64,000 bases of DNA. Origin: an uncultured Gammaproteobacteria bacterium. Lineage in GTDB: Bacteria; Pseudomonadota; Gammaproteobacteria; JACCXJ01. Under the pieces are notes generated by a model. The model ran no database searches. It was not told the DNA's origin and saw only the letters and a program-made list of their open reading frames with translations. The stretch spans positions 160,001-224,000 of the forward strand of contig CAVXTM010000012.1 of NCBI GenBank assembly GCA_963764725.1. The letters are read 5' to 3'. The translations under genes were made by a program, and so were the position numbers. Positions 20,815-30,614 of the stretch are shown here, piece after piece. Every line of letters starts with the position of its first letter. Within the stretch, counting starts at the first letter, position 1.

Positions 20815-22194
20815 TCAGGCGAGTTCCCGCAGCTCACCGAGCATGGTGGGTACCAACTCGGAAACCGTAGGGTGTATATGCACAGCGCGAGTTATCACAG
20901 TATACGGCGCCTTTGCATACATCACGTCCAACAGCGAGTGAATCACCTCGTCACCCGTCACGCCGAGTATGGCCGCACCGAGGATTTCCTTAGTCTCCGC
21001 ATCCACGATGGCTTTCATGAAGCCTTGAGCCTCGCCTTTTTCCACCGCGCGACCGACCCGCGTCATGGGGCGGGTTGCGACCAGGGCATTGCGGCCGGAC
21101 TGCCTCACCTCGGCCTCCGTCATGCCCGCCCGGCCGAGCGGCGGGTCGATGAAGAGCCCATAGGTCGCAATGCGGTCGGACACCTTGCGCGGGTCATTGT
21201 CGAGCATATTCGCGGCGACGATTTCAAAATCATTGTATGACGTGTGAGTGAATGCGCCGCGGCCGTTGCAGTCGCCCAACGCCCAGATGCCGTGCACATT
21301 CGTGCGGAGTTGATCGTCCACCTTGACGTAGCCGCGCGCGTCGGTTTCCACACAAGCCTTGTCGAGGCCCAGATCGTCGGTGTTAGGTCTCCGCCCCACC
21401 GCCAGCAGCAAGTGAGATCCCTCGACCTCGCGATCTCCGCTCGCGCAGTCCAATCCAATTGCAATGCGATCGCCACGGTTCCGTGCAGTCATGCACTCGG
21501 CGTTGAGGCGGAGATTCACACCTTCGTTTTCCAGGATCTCCTGCACGGCATGGGACACATCCTTGTCTTCGCGCTGGATCAGGCGCGGCCCCTTTTCGAC
21601 GATGGTGACCTCTGCCCCGAAGCGCCGGAACATCTGCCCAAACTCGAGCCCGATGTAGCTTCCGCCGATGATGACCAGGTGCTCAGGTAAATAGTCCACC
21701 TCCATCATGCTGGAGTTGGTGAGATAGGGTACCTGATCCAGCCCGGGCATGGGCGGGACTAACGCTCGTCCGCCCACGTTGATAAAGATCTTGTCGCTCT
21801 CCAGCAGATCACCGTTGACTCTGACCGTATGAGGACTTTCGAAGCGCGCATGACCCTGGTACACGGTACCGTTTTCCAAGCCGCGCATCCACTTTTCGAC
21901 ATTTTGGTTGTAACGCCCGGAGATCTCGTCCTTGCGCGCTTTCACGCGCTTCATGTCGACGCTGATCGGGCCGCCCACGGTGACGCCGTATTCGGCGGCA
22001 CGGCGCACCAGATGAGCGGCATACGCGCTGGCCACTAGGGTCTTTGTGGGAATACAACCCGTGTTCACGCAGGTGCCGCCGAACAGTTTGCGCTCAATGA
22101 TCGCCACCCTCATTCCCGTCGCGGAAAGACGAGCGGCGAGGGCCGGCCCGGACTGCCCGGTACCGATGATGATCGCAGCGAATCGCGTTGTCAT
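20815..22194 (-). CDS. pyridine nucleotide-disulfide oxidoreductase (mercuric reductase/Lpd-like)
   Basis: GTGQSG, redox GGTCVNTGCIP, GGSYIGLE and C-terminal HIHPT. No MerA C-terminal Cys pair. Confidence 0.85.
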   Translation of the reverse strand: MTTRFAAIIIGTGQSGPALAARLSATGMRVAIIERKLFGGTCVNTGCIPTKTLVASAYAAHLVRRAAEYGVTVGGPISVDMKRVKARKDEISGRYNQNVEKWMRGLENGTVYQGHARFESPHTVRVNGDLLESDKIFINVGGRALVPPMPGLDQVPYLTNSSMMEVDYLPEHLVIIGGSYIGLEFGQMFRRFGAEVTIVEKGPRLIQREDKDVSHAVQEILENEGVNLRLNAECMTARNRGDRIAIGLDCASGDREVEGSHLLLAVGRRPNTDDLGLDKACVETDARGYVKVDDQLRTNVHGIWALGDCNGRGAFTHTSYNDFEIVAANMLDNDPRKVSDRIATYGLFIDPPLGRAGMTEAEVRQSGRNALVATRPMTRVGRAVEKGEAQGFMKAIVDAETKEILGAAILGVTGDEVIHSLLDVMYAKAPYTVITRAVHIHPTVSELVPTMLGELRELA

Positions 22195-22321
22195 AAAGTT
22201 CTCCTTCGTTTCCCGAAAGATTACGATCTGGATCGATCATGCACGGCTTCGTTAAGTTCCATGCCATTTTTCGATTAATGCCGAGCGTAATCGGCAGGGA
22301 GCCCATTTTTTGGTGCTCCAT

Positions 22322-23551
22322 CTACTCGATCAGGCGTGTCCGGATATCGATCTCCGAGGTAAGCGTCCTGTGAACAGGACACTTCCCGGCGATCTCGATC
22401 AGCTTCGATCGCTGCTCCTCGGCCAACGCTCCCGTGACTTCAATGCTCCGATCGATCCGATCAATCATTCCCTCGCGGGTCTCGCATTCCTCACAGTCGG
22501 TAGCATAGATCTTGTTGTGCGCCAGGCGTACCGAGATTCGGTCGAGAGGCCATTGCTTACGGTCGGCGTACATGCGCAAGGTCATGGCCGTGCAGGCGCC
22601 CAGCCCAGCGAGCAAGTAGTCGTAGGGGCCGGGCCCGGTGTCGGTGCCGCCGGCCGCGAGCGGTTCGTCAGCGGTCAGCACGTGACGGCCGACCCGCACC
22701 CGTTCGGCGAACTGGCCCGCGCCGGTCTCCTCGACGATCACCATACCCGGCGGGATTTCAGCCGCCGTTTCTGCCGCTAGCTCGGCGTTACCGACGTAGC
22801 GCGTCGCCCACGCCGCCAGCACGCCGGCAACGTAGGCGGCGTCCTCACGCCGGGTCAGCAGGTGATCGGCGGTGTCCAGCGAGACGAAGCTCTTCGGATG
22901 ACGTGCCTTGGCGAAGATTTGCGCAGCGTTGTCGATGCCGACGATTTCATCCTTGGGGCCGTGAAAGATCAGTAGCGGCTTGCGCATCGACGCGATGGCC
23001 TCGTCGAGACGCTGGTGGGCGATGTCGTCGAGAAACTCGCGACGGATGCGAAAGCTGCGGCCGGCGAGCTTTACCTCTGCCTGGCCATCACGCTCGATTG
23101 CCGTCACCGCGTCCCCGAAGAGATGACATACGTGCGTTGGGTCGGCCGGAGCGTTGATGGTGGCGACAGCCGTAGCTTCATGGATCCGCCCCGCGGCCGC
23201 GAGCACCGCCGCACCGCCGAGGCTGTGGCCGATGACGAGCCTAGGCGCACGGCGGGTGGCGCGCAGGAAGTCCGCTGCAGCAAGCAAGTCCTCCACGTTG
23301 GAGGAGAAGTCAGTGCTGGCGAAATCGCCTCCGCTCCCACCAAGGCCGGTAAAGTCGAAGCGCAGCACCGCTATGCCGCGCTCGGCCAGTGCCGCGCTGA
23401 TGCGGCTCGCCGCGAGTGAGTCCTTGGAGCAAGTGAAGCAGTGCGCAAATAGCGCGTAAGCGGCCGGCTCGCCGGCGGGAACATCGAGCCGCGCCGCCAG
23501 GATAGCCCCGCGCGATCCGGGGAACTCAATACGTTCGATGCGTGTGGTCAT
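22322..23551 (-). CDS. bifunctional alpha/beta hydrolase / OsmC family protein
   Basis: AHCFTCSKD, GHSLGG nucleophile elbow, then OsmC domain (DEP..GG, LGACT, KCPVHRTL). Start ATG 23551 follows GGAGG. Confidence 0.9.
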   Translation of the reverse strand: MTTRIERIEFPGSRGAILAARLDVPAGEPAAYALFAHCFTCSKDSLAASRISAALAERGIAVLRFDFTGLGGSGGDFASTDFSSNVEDLLAAADFLRATRRAPRLVIGHSLGGAAVLAAAGRIHEATAVATINAPADPTHVCHLFGDAVTAIERDGQAEVKLAGRSFRIRREFLDDIAHQRLDEAIASMRKPLLIFHGPKDEIVGIDNAAQIFAKARHPKSFVSLDTADHLLTRREDAAYVAGVLAAWATRYVGNAELAAETAAEIPPGMVIVEETGAGQFAERVRVGRHVLTADEPLAAGGTDTGPGPYDYLLAGLGACTAMTLRMYADRKQWPLDRISVRLAHNKIYATDCEECETREGMIDRIDRSIEVTGALAEEQRSKLIEIAGKCPVHRTLTSEIDIRTRLIE

Positions 23552-23579
23552 GCCTCCCTCCATTCCTAGGCGAATGAGG

Positions 23580-23678
23580 TCCCACGAAGAACTCGTGCCC
23601 GCCTGCACCTGAGTGCTGTCGACCGGCGACGGCGGCTACCTGCCCGCTAAGATCGATCGACAAGGCCCCGTTGAAGAT
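23580..23678 (-). pseudogene. remnant of an acetyl-CoA hydrolase/CoA-transferase C-terminal domain
   Basis: Hand translation gives IFNGALSIDLSGQVAAVAGRQHSGAGGHEFFVG, resembling the N.AL.VDL.GQV...RQ.SG.GG..DF motif. No intact gene around it. Confidence 0.55.
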
Positions 23679-23919
23679 CTCGATCGTGTCCCTGTTGATT
23701 TCCCGAAAGCTCAGTAAATACGCGACGACGACCGAATTGCCGTGCGGGATGAGAATATTAAAAGGACCCTATTCTTCAAAAGGGAAGATTATGACTGGAC
23801 CTGTTAACTGTCAAACACGCGGGTCCTGGATCCAGGATCGCGGCTTCAAAGCTGGTTACGACAACCTACCGCTAGCACGGACTTCCAGTCATGGTAGCCG
23901 CGTTTATGCCATGCGGCGA

Positions 23920-25408
23920 TTAACGAGCGGCGAACTGCTCCTCGGTCGGTTCCGCACAACAATACCATGGCTCGCTAAGCTGAGCCGGAGCGAATCGCGC
24001 ACCCATTGCAGGCAGGGATGGGACCGGACGACCGGCACGTTCATGAGCGAGTTTCCATATTTCGCTGAAGATCTGATCATTCGGCTTCGTGGCGCCTTGC
24101 TGCACAAGCGCCCTAACTTGCGTTTGGAGCGTGTTGACCTCAGGGTCTGGGTTCGACCACGGATAGACAAGCGCCGCTTCATCAAGGGAGCCCACTAGGG
24201 CACACACCTCCGGAAGCTCAAGCAGCCGCGAGCCCGGCGGGATCAGCAAGCGAATCGTCAATTGTACCGGTGCGACCGATCGGATCAGGTCAAGTTGGGC
24301 AATCACATTTAAGAGTTCCAGGTAGCCGGCCAGAGTGATCCAGGGCGTGAACGCCACGAAGGTTGGGGCCAGCGATAAGCCTACCTCGTTGACGAGCCGC
24401 ACTACCCGGAAGAAATCCTCCCGCGTATGGCCCTTCTCTAGAATCGCCAAGATCTGGTCGTCCACCGATTCCACCGCCGTGGTCACGAATAGGCAGCCCG
24501 TCTCTTTTAACACTGGCAGCAGCTTTCTATGTGCCAAGAGATGCTCCACCTTAATCGTCACATCGTAGGTCAGCTCGAGGAAGCTCCTCGTGCACCGCCC
24601 TGACGATCCGGAGCGCATGCGTAGGACCATTAAAGAAGTCCGGGTCCCCGAAAGTGATGTGCCGTGCGCCCGCTGCAGCTTGCTGGCGAACGTCCTCAAG
24701 GACGATTTCGCGAGGGATGATGCGAAACCGGCCATTGTAGACTGGCACCACCGGACAGTGCCGGCACCGGTGTTTGCAACCGCGGCTCGCCTCCACATAG
24801 CCGGCTGTCCGCCTATCTCCGTTCGGCAACCGCAAATAGGCATACCGATCGAGGTCGGGAAGGCCTCCGCGATCGGGGATGACGAAATCCTGCCGGGCGA
24901 GCGAGATCCGCGGCTCCGGCTGCTCGCCCGGCATTGCTTCCACACCGCGCTCGATGCGTTGCGCCAGGGCGGTGAGTCCTTCTTCGAACTCACCGCCCAA
25001 TACGGTCTGGACGCCTAGGTGTCGCAAGTAGACCTCGTTCATCGGCGCATAGAGCCCATAGGCGGCGATATGCGCGCTCGGGTTCAAGCCTCGCACCTCA
25101 GGGATCATCCGCGCCGCCAGACGGGTGGCCGTGTGCATCGGAACGTAAAAGGCGATGAGGTCGGCTCCGCGAAATACCTCGTCATCGAGACACTCCACCG
25201 CGAGGTCCAGTGTCTTCACTAGAGCACCCCGTTGCCGCAGCATTGCAGCTGGCTCGGCTAGGCCGAAAGGCTGATGGCCTAGCGCATAGGTCGAGACCAA
25301 CAACACCCGCGTAGGGCGCTTAGCTTCGACGGCTCGGACCTTCCACCCGTCGGGCGGGCAGCCGACTCGGCCACACGCACTCGACGTGCTTAACGGACTG
25401 GCGTCCAT
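23920..25408 (-). CDS. CUAEP/CCAEP-tail radical SAM protein (B12-binding-like N-domain), frameshift at ~24577
   Basis: CKHRCRHC motif in ORF 24551-25408. Continues in another frame (LTYDVTIKVEHL) to the C-terminal WYCCAEP. Confidence 0.8.
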
Positions 25409-25432
25409 TTCCGCTTAGCGAAACGCGCTCTG

Positions 25433-27097
25433 TTATCGGATCACGAAGGTATGACGATCGACGGTCGTTGTGACCTCTATTTCACCCTCGCCGATGGCCT
25501 TCCATTCTTTAAAAGACGCGCCGTCTTGTAGAACCTTACGTTCCTTGCCCTCTAGATTGGTGACCTTGAAGGTCGTTTTACCGCCTGTTTTCTTATGGTC
25601 TCCGGGTAATAGGGCTACCATCAAAGCGCCCAAGCTTTCATCGTAGTAGGCTTGCCCGACACTGACCGTCGGATAGTCGATACTAGAAACGGTAGGCTGG
25701 TGGAATTTCTTCAGGTTGGGCTCATTGTACAGGCGATACCAGCTACCCTGTCCCCCGGCAACCGTCATTAGCAGCCAGTCGTTGGGCCAACCCCGAGGCC
25801 AAGGTTCATCGAGGCCGAATTGATAGTAGAATTCGCCCTCCTTCGCGGTGGGCTGATAGCGCGTAGTCGCCCAGGTCATCAGTTGGGCATGGGTATCCAA
25901 GTCGCCGAACTCCCAAGCGCATGCCGCTGCGGCGCCAAAACCGACCAAATCCTCTCCACCGCCTAGCTCCGGCGGGAAGTTGATGTGGGCAGATCCATCG
26001 GGCTCTTTGACCATAAACTTCTTCTTTGCCCCGGCATACAAGCGCCGGGCGAGATTCTGATCGTCGGGCCAATACTGGTAAGCGCAGCAGAACCAGTTGC
26101 CCGGGATCTGATGCTTAGGCCCATTCATGTTATAGGGTATGTCACGATCGTAGTATATGGAGGCCCACTCATAAGGCCCATCGGATCCCTTGGCTCCGCC
26201 GACGAGGTTCTGCTTGGCCCAGTCCAGCCACCGATAATAGCCAGTTTGGTAATTGGTGTTATGGATTTTGTCGAGTATCTTCATACCGAGGCCACCGACG
26301 CTGACGCACCACGGAAAGACCTTCCCTACCTCACAGTCGATCCCAGGGGTGAGATCGGTCCCGCCTTCGTCCACTGGCGCCGTAAATTGGTCGTAGAGCA
26401 CTTTTGCCATCTGCTTTTGCGTATACTTGAATTTTATTTTGTCGTCGTACACCAGCTCGATCGGTTCATCGTACTTGGCACTGCCACAGACAACTTCATA
26501 GAGGCCAATCATGTTGACCAGGTATCCCTTGCCCATCATATAGGACCCGCCGTTGCCGTAGATAGGATCCGGATTGTATTTGCGACCGACAGGGGGCGCG
26601 TGTGGCTGGGTGTAGGGGGAGGTGCGCCTTACTTCTTTCGGGGGCACCTTGGTCGCGAGCCCGTTTCCGTAGTAGCCGGGCGCGTTGTATACGCCCGCCC
26701 ATCCGGGTGGCATGTTCTTATCGTAGTAATCAAAGGGGTACTGGGCGCGGTTGGGGTCCAGGCCCTTCTGCTCTACGAGATCGAACCACGCCGCGTACTG
26801 GGTCATCCGCTGGACCATCAGGTCGATGATCTCCGTGCAGCCCTCTCGCCAGGCGGGTATCTCCTGGGCGATCTTTGCGGTGACCCGCGTCGACCATTCG
26901 AGGTCATAGCGAGGATACATGTACCAGGGGAAGATGCTCCATCTGTCCCAGGCATCCGAGATTTCACCTCCCTTGGTCCAGTCATCCTTCACATGTGATT
27001 TTCTCCAGAGAAATTTCAATACCCCGCGCGCTTCATCGGAGAGGGACGGATATCCAGGGACCACATGCAAGGATCTCATCGTTTCTACCGTAGCCAT
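25433..27097 (-). CDS. linalool dehydratase/isomerase-like protein
   Basis: DDW, PRYDL, PAWRE, PDPI and GIDCEVGKVFPWC (C-E-x7-C, the spacing of the LinD catalytic Cys pair). Strong RBS GAGGAGG. Confidence 0.7.
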   Translation of the reverse strand: MATVETMRSLHVVPGYPSLSDEARGVLKFLWRKSHVKDDWTKGGEISDAWDRWSIFPWYMYPRYDLEWSTRVTAKIAQEIPAWREGCTEIIDLMVQRMTQYAAWFDLVEQKGLDPNRAQYPFDYYDKNMPPGWAGVYNAPGYYGNGLATKVPPKEVRRTSPYTQPHAPPVGRKYNPDPIYGNGGSYMMGKGYLVNMIGLYEVVCGSAKYDEPIELVYDDKIKFKYTQKQMAKVLYDQFTAPVDEGGTDLTPGIDCEVGKVFPWCVSVGGLGMKILDKIHNTNYQTGYYRWLDWAKQNLVGGAKGSDGPYEWASIYYDRDIPYNMNGPKHQIPGNWFCCAYQYWPDDQNLARRLYAGAKKKFMVKEPDGSAHINFPPELGGGEDLVGFGAAAACAWEFGDLDTHAQLMTWATTRYQPTAKEGEFYYQFGLDEPWPRGWPNDWLLMTVAGGQGSWYRLYNEPNLKKFHQPTVSSIDYPTVSVGQAYYDESLGALMVALLPGDHKKTGGKTTFKVTNLEGKERKVLQDGASFKEWKAIGEGEIEVTTTVDRHTFVIR

Positions 27098-27207
27098 CGT
27101 TCACCTCCTCATTTCGTTTCATGTTCACTCTTTAAGTAACATCAAGGTTGCATCATGCGTGACCGGTTAACGCTTGTAATCACGCGGCTTAGCCGGCACC
27201 GAGTCCT

Positions 27208-27660
27208 CTAATGGCGCGAAATGAACGCTCTTAGTCGGTCCCAAACGGGACTGCTACCAAAAAAGAACGTTTGTTCCTCCGCGAGCAGGACAGTCGGCGC
27301 GCCACCACTCGAGATTTCGCCGGCATGGGCAAGGGTTTCTTTGCCGCCCGCGGATTTCGCACAGGTTTGCAAGGCCTCCAGGGACGGGAAATGGATCTCG
27401 GCGATCCGATAAAACGGTGGCGGTGTCCCATCCGGTGTTGCTACAACCTTAGTCGCTACAAACCGTGTCTTGCCGACAAGTTTTTTCACAATCATCGGCA
27501 CATGCTCTTCGTGATAAAGCTTCTCAAATGCCTCGAAGCTCATGGCGTATTCGGAGGAGAGTCCATCGGACATCGACATGTCCTCGTCCTCGTAAAGCTT
27601 CTCGAACGCCCTAATATCATGTGGGCACGGATACATCACAATTAGCTTAATATCAACCAC
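27208..27660 (-). CDS. EthD family protein, copy 2 (contains an internal duplication)
   Basis: KLIVMYP...FEKLY.EEHVP...RIAEIHFPS. GTG start at 27660 follows AAGGAGGG. Confidence 0.8.
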   Translation of the reverse strand: MVDIKLIVMYPCPHDIRAFEKLYEDEDMSMSDGLSSEYAMSFEAFEKLYHEEHVPMIVKKLVGKTRFVATKVVATPDGTPPPFYRIAEIHFPSLEALQTCAKSAGGKETLAHAGEISSGGAPTVLLAEEQTFFFGSSPVWDRLRAFISRH

Positions 27661-27713
27661 AGCACCCTCCTTTTCATAACAGCTAAGTCCCACAGGGAAT
27701 GTGCGCAAATCAG

Positions 27714-27803
27714 CTGTCATCCCGGCCATGGACTGGCCGGGACCCAGTGCAGCAATGCCCTCCCTAGACCTGGATTCCGGCCATTACCTGGCCAGAAAGA
27801 CAG
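27714..27803. repeat. REP-like inverted doublet
   Basis: GTCATCCCGGC..GCCGGGACCCAG ... CTGGATTCCGGC..GCCAGAAAGAC, the common GTCAT(T/C)CC..GGA(A/T)CCAG-type palindrome pair, lying between the ethD copies. Confidence 0.6.
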
Positions 27804-27842
27804 TACCTAAAACGCCGATCCACCGCTATCGATTCCTGTACG

Positions 27843-28253
27843 TTATTTGTGGGACACCGCACTAGGAGCCATGGAATGTTCTTGTGGCGCCATACATGCG
27901 CGGAGTCGGTCCCAAAGCGATTTGCTGCCAAATGTGAATGCCTGCTCCTCAGCTATCAAAAATACAGGCGTGCCGCCACTGGAGATTTCGACCGCATGGG
28001 CAACGGTTTCTTTTCCGCCCTCGGACTGCGCACACGCTTGCAGGGCCTCTAGGGACGGGAAATGAACCTCGGCGATCCGGTAGAATGGAGGTGGTGTCCC
28101 GTCCGGGGTTGCCACGACTTTGGTCGCTACAAACCTCGTTTTACCGGAGAGCTTCTCCACCGCCATCGGTACGTGTTCCTCTTGATAAAGCTTTTCGAAT
28201 GCGTCGATATCCCGAGGACGCGGATACATCACTATCAACTTAACGCCAGCCAT
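27843..28253 (-). CDS. EthD family protein, copy 1
   Basis: KLIVMYPRP...FEKLYQEEHVPM...RIAEVHFPS. RBS AGGAGGG. Confidence 0.85.
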   Translation of the reverse strand: MAGVKLIVMYPRPRDIDAFEKLYQEEHVPMAVEKLSGKTRFVATKVVATPDGTPPPFYRIAEVHFPSLEALQACAQSEGGKETVAHAVEISSGGTPVFLIAEEQAFTFGSKSLWDRLRACMAPQEHSMAPSAVSHK

Positions 28254-28312
28254 AACACCCTCCTATCGTTGTATCGGTTGAGATAAATTCGCGGATCCCT
28301 GTTTCAACTTCA

Positions 28313-28440
28313 AATTTATTCCCCGCGGTCTTGCCGCGGGGACCCTTAGCGATGGGGTTTCCAAAGGGGAGAGGCGCAGCTCTCCACTTTGGTCGCCCCA
28401 CGGGGTTGCATACCCCCGTGGTGGCGAAATCAAATTGACT
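28313..28440. repeat. three-hairpin dispersed repeat, copy B
   Basis: CCCCGCGG-TCTTG-CCGCGGGG / TAGCGATGGGGTTTCCAAAGGGGAGAG..CTCTCCACTTTGG / TCGCCCCACGGGG..CCCCGTGGTGGCGA / AATCAAATTGACT. Confidence 0.9.
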
Positions 28441-28481
28441 TCACTCCTCGCTATAAGCGCGTCCAGAGTCCTGCCCAGCCC

Positions 28482-28507
28482 AATTATAGACTGTTCGTTC
28501 TACAATC
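28482..28507 (-). promoter_or_regulatory. putative TetR operator overlapping a TATAAT -10 upstream of the ethD genes
   Basis: Minus strand GATTGTAGAACGAACAGTCTATAATT, 18/26 identical to the box at 29144. Confidence 0.55.
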
Positions 28508-28516
28508 AAGAAAAAA

Positions 28517-29099
28517 TCATTTCAAAGCCCGCAGCGTCACCTCGACCACCTCTTCGAGGGCCGAACGATCGCTTCGGATCTTTCCAATAACCAAGAGACC
28601 TTGCAGGTTGCAGGTCAAATAGCGCGCTAGCGCGCGCAGATCGCGGTGGTTATCGAGCTCGCCCGCACTCTGATCGCGCAGTAAGGTCTTATAGAAACCG
28701 TCCTCGAGTTGCTTTACGCACAGGCTCACCTTCTTGGCCGTGTCAGGATCACTCAGTCCCCGCTCTACGGCCGAGTTGGTAACCAGGCAGCCGCGCAACG
28801 GCCCGCCGGTCATCACATGCTCAATGACGGTTGCAAAGAACTGACGGATAGCCGCTTTGCCCGAGGCGTTAGTATCAAGAATATCGAGCAGTTTCCTCAC
28901 CACCACCTTGCGATAGCGGTCCAGGACCCTGAGAAACAGGCGTCTGCTTGTCCCCGAAGGTAGCGTACAGGCTACCGCGATGGATCCCCATACTCTCCAC
29001 CAGGTCTTGGATCGAGGTCGCTTCGTACCCTTTGGACCAAAATGTCTCCACGGCCTTGTCCAACACATCCTCTACATCGAACTCTCTCGGTCTCGCCAC
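28517..29099 (-). CDS. TetR/AcrR family regulator (NemR/ComR-like), frameshift at ~28946
   Basis: MARPREFD...KGYEATSIQDLVESMGIHRGSLYATFGDK HTH, continuing in another frame as LFLRVLDRY...GCLVTNSAVE. Confidence 0.85.
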
Positions 29100-29135
29100 G
29101 CGCTCTACGTTGGTACCTTGGTTGCCGATAATGTA

Positions 29136-29169
29136 AGCCTAGACATTCTAGACCAAATAGTCAAGAATG
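29136..29169 (-). promoter_or_regulatory. sigma70-like promoter of tetR with overlapping palindromic operator
   Basis: TTGACT (29164-29159)-N17-TAGGCT (29141-29136). Palindrome CATTCTAGAC-CAAATA-GTCAAGAATG at 29144-29169. Confidence 0.7.
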
Positions 29170-29188
29170 ATCTAGGAGGATTCTTCTC

Positions 29189-29389
29189 ATGACTATACAC
29201 TTTACTGGTGGCTGTGCATGCGGCACCATTCGCTATGAGTGGTCGGCTGAGCCGGTTTTCGCTGGGAATTGTCATTGCCGCGATTGCCAACGGGCAATCT
29301 GGAGGTACGTTTGCCCCCTGGTTTTCGTGCCATATAGCGCAGGCACAATCACCGGCGATGTGAGATACCGCGGATGCCCGACCTCATAG
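29189..29389 (+). pseudogene. truncated GFA/CENP-V family protein
   Basis: TGGCACGTIRY...CHCRDCQR, then loss of similarity. Only 66 aa. RBS AGGAGG present. Confidence 0.7.
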
Positions 29390-29528
29390 GCATCATGGCG
29401 GGGAGCCTTGATGACCCAAGTTGGTTTCAACCCACAATGGACATTTTCACGGCCAGTGCGCAACCCTGGGATTTTATGAACCGAAACCTACCGAAGTTTC
29501 CCAACATGCCAACGATGTAGTGTGTTGC

Positions 29529-29798
29529 ATGCAGTATTCAGGACTAGCGACACTCATCGGGTCCCTCGGCGTAGCCCTGCTGCTGCTCGCCTTTCTCTTG
29601 AACGTGTTTCGTCTTCTGCGTGTGGAGGGCTACCCGTACATAGTTCTCAACCTCGTTGGTGCCTCGTTAGCTTGCTACTCTTCGTACCTGATCGACTTCA
29701 TGCCGTTTGTAGTTTTAGAGGGTACATGGGCCGTTGTAGCGGCCGTCGCGCTAGTCCGGTCGCTGCTGTCAGGCGTCTCATCCAGTACCGCCGATTAA
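29529..29798 (+). CDS. small membrane protein (CBU_0592-like)
   Basis: IGSLGVALLLLAF...YIVLNLVGA...PFVVLEGTW. Confidence 0.65.
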   Translation: MQYSGLATLIGSLGVALLLLAFLLNVFRLLRVEGYPYIVLNLVGASLACYSSYLIDFMPFVVLEGTWAVVAAVALVRSLLSGVSSSTAD

Positions 29799-29819
29799 GG
29801 GTTCCTGGCAACCCTTAAT
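29794..29819. terminator. perfect hairpin at gene end, possible terminator
   Basis: ATTAAGGGTT-CCTGGC-AACCCTTAAT between convergent genes. No clear U-tract. Confidence 0.35.
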
Positions 29820-30065
29820 GACGTCTGTTTCGAGTATCCGTTTAAGGCGTCTCAACGACTCGGCGGATTCGGCCTGCAGACGGCTTTGCAATGACAGGAA
29901 GTCTCCCAGTTTTCCGAATAACACGGGTATGTTATAGATGACTCGCGAAAGCTTCACGTCGCGTGCTTGAGGCGATCGTAGGTCTCGACGGCATTAGCAA
30001 GGGGTAAGCCAGTTCCCCGGCATTCAAAATGTATATCGGTGAGTCGCGTCTGATGCCCCGGCGGC

Positions 30066-30598
30066 CTATCGGCAGGTTAGGCGCCATTGCAGTGCTCCGA
30101 GAACCACGGCGATCAGGAACATAGCGCCGGCGATGAACGTGAGTTGAATCCCTGCCGATTCACGGACCTGAATCGGCAGCCTTGACACTAACGGTCTTGC
30201 ATCGCGTAGGGTCACCACCGCTGCATAGCGCTTTCCCTCCTCGAAGGTGCCGTTCAGTAGCCGGTCGGATAGGCCTTGGGATCGAGATGCGCTACCGTTC
30301 GGACGATCGAAGCAGAGCCGCCCTCCTCTGCCGTCTCGACGACCCTAACCTCCGTGGGCTTGGTACGCATTGCGGTATCGAGCAAATCGAATACCAAGAT
30401 GCTCTTGCCCGGCGCGGGCAAGTCCCAGCAGTATTCGGTACCACTGCCGGCTTGATAGGCGGTGAAATGCATCGTGAACTTGCCGATCCGGGCTACGCAT
30501 TTATCCACCTCGATGGCCGCGCCCCCGTGTGCGTACGCGAAGGACTGACCCAAGATCGTTATTAACACACCAGATAAACGCAGCGTTGCGATATTCAT
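30066..30598 (-). CDS. PmoD/AmoD-like periplasmic copper protein with C-terminal TM helix, frameshift at ~30260
   Basis: Signal peptide, AHGG, DKCVARIGKFTMHFTAYQ, EYCWDLP..G and PKAYPTG. The shifted frame continues GTFEEGKRYAAVVTL...TM...TCR* (stop 30066-30068). Confidence 0.7.
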
Positions 30599-30614
30599 AA
30601 TGCCTCCACTACGG

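Noticed and set aside
20815-22194. merA mercury resistance gene
   Set aside because: Lacks the C-terminal Cys-Cys pair and the NmerA domain, and there are no mer neighbours.
23950-23970. Selenocysteine in the radical SAM tail
   Set aside because: The codons are TGT TGT (CCAEP form), with no in-frame TGA.
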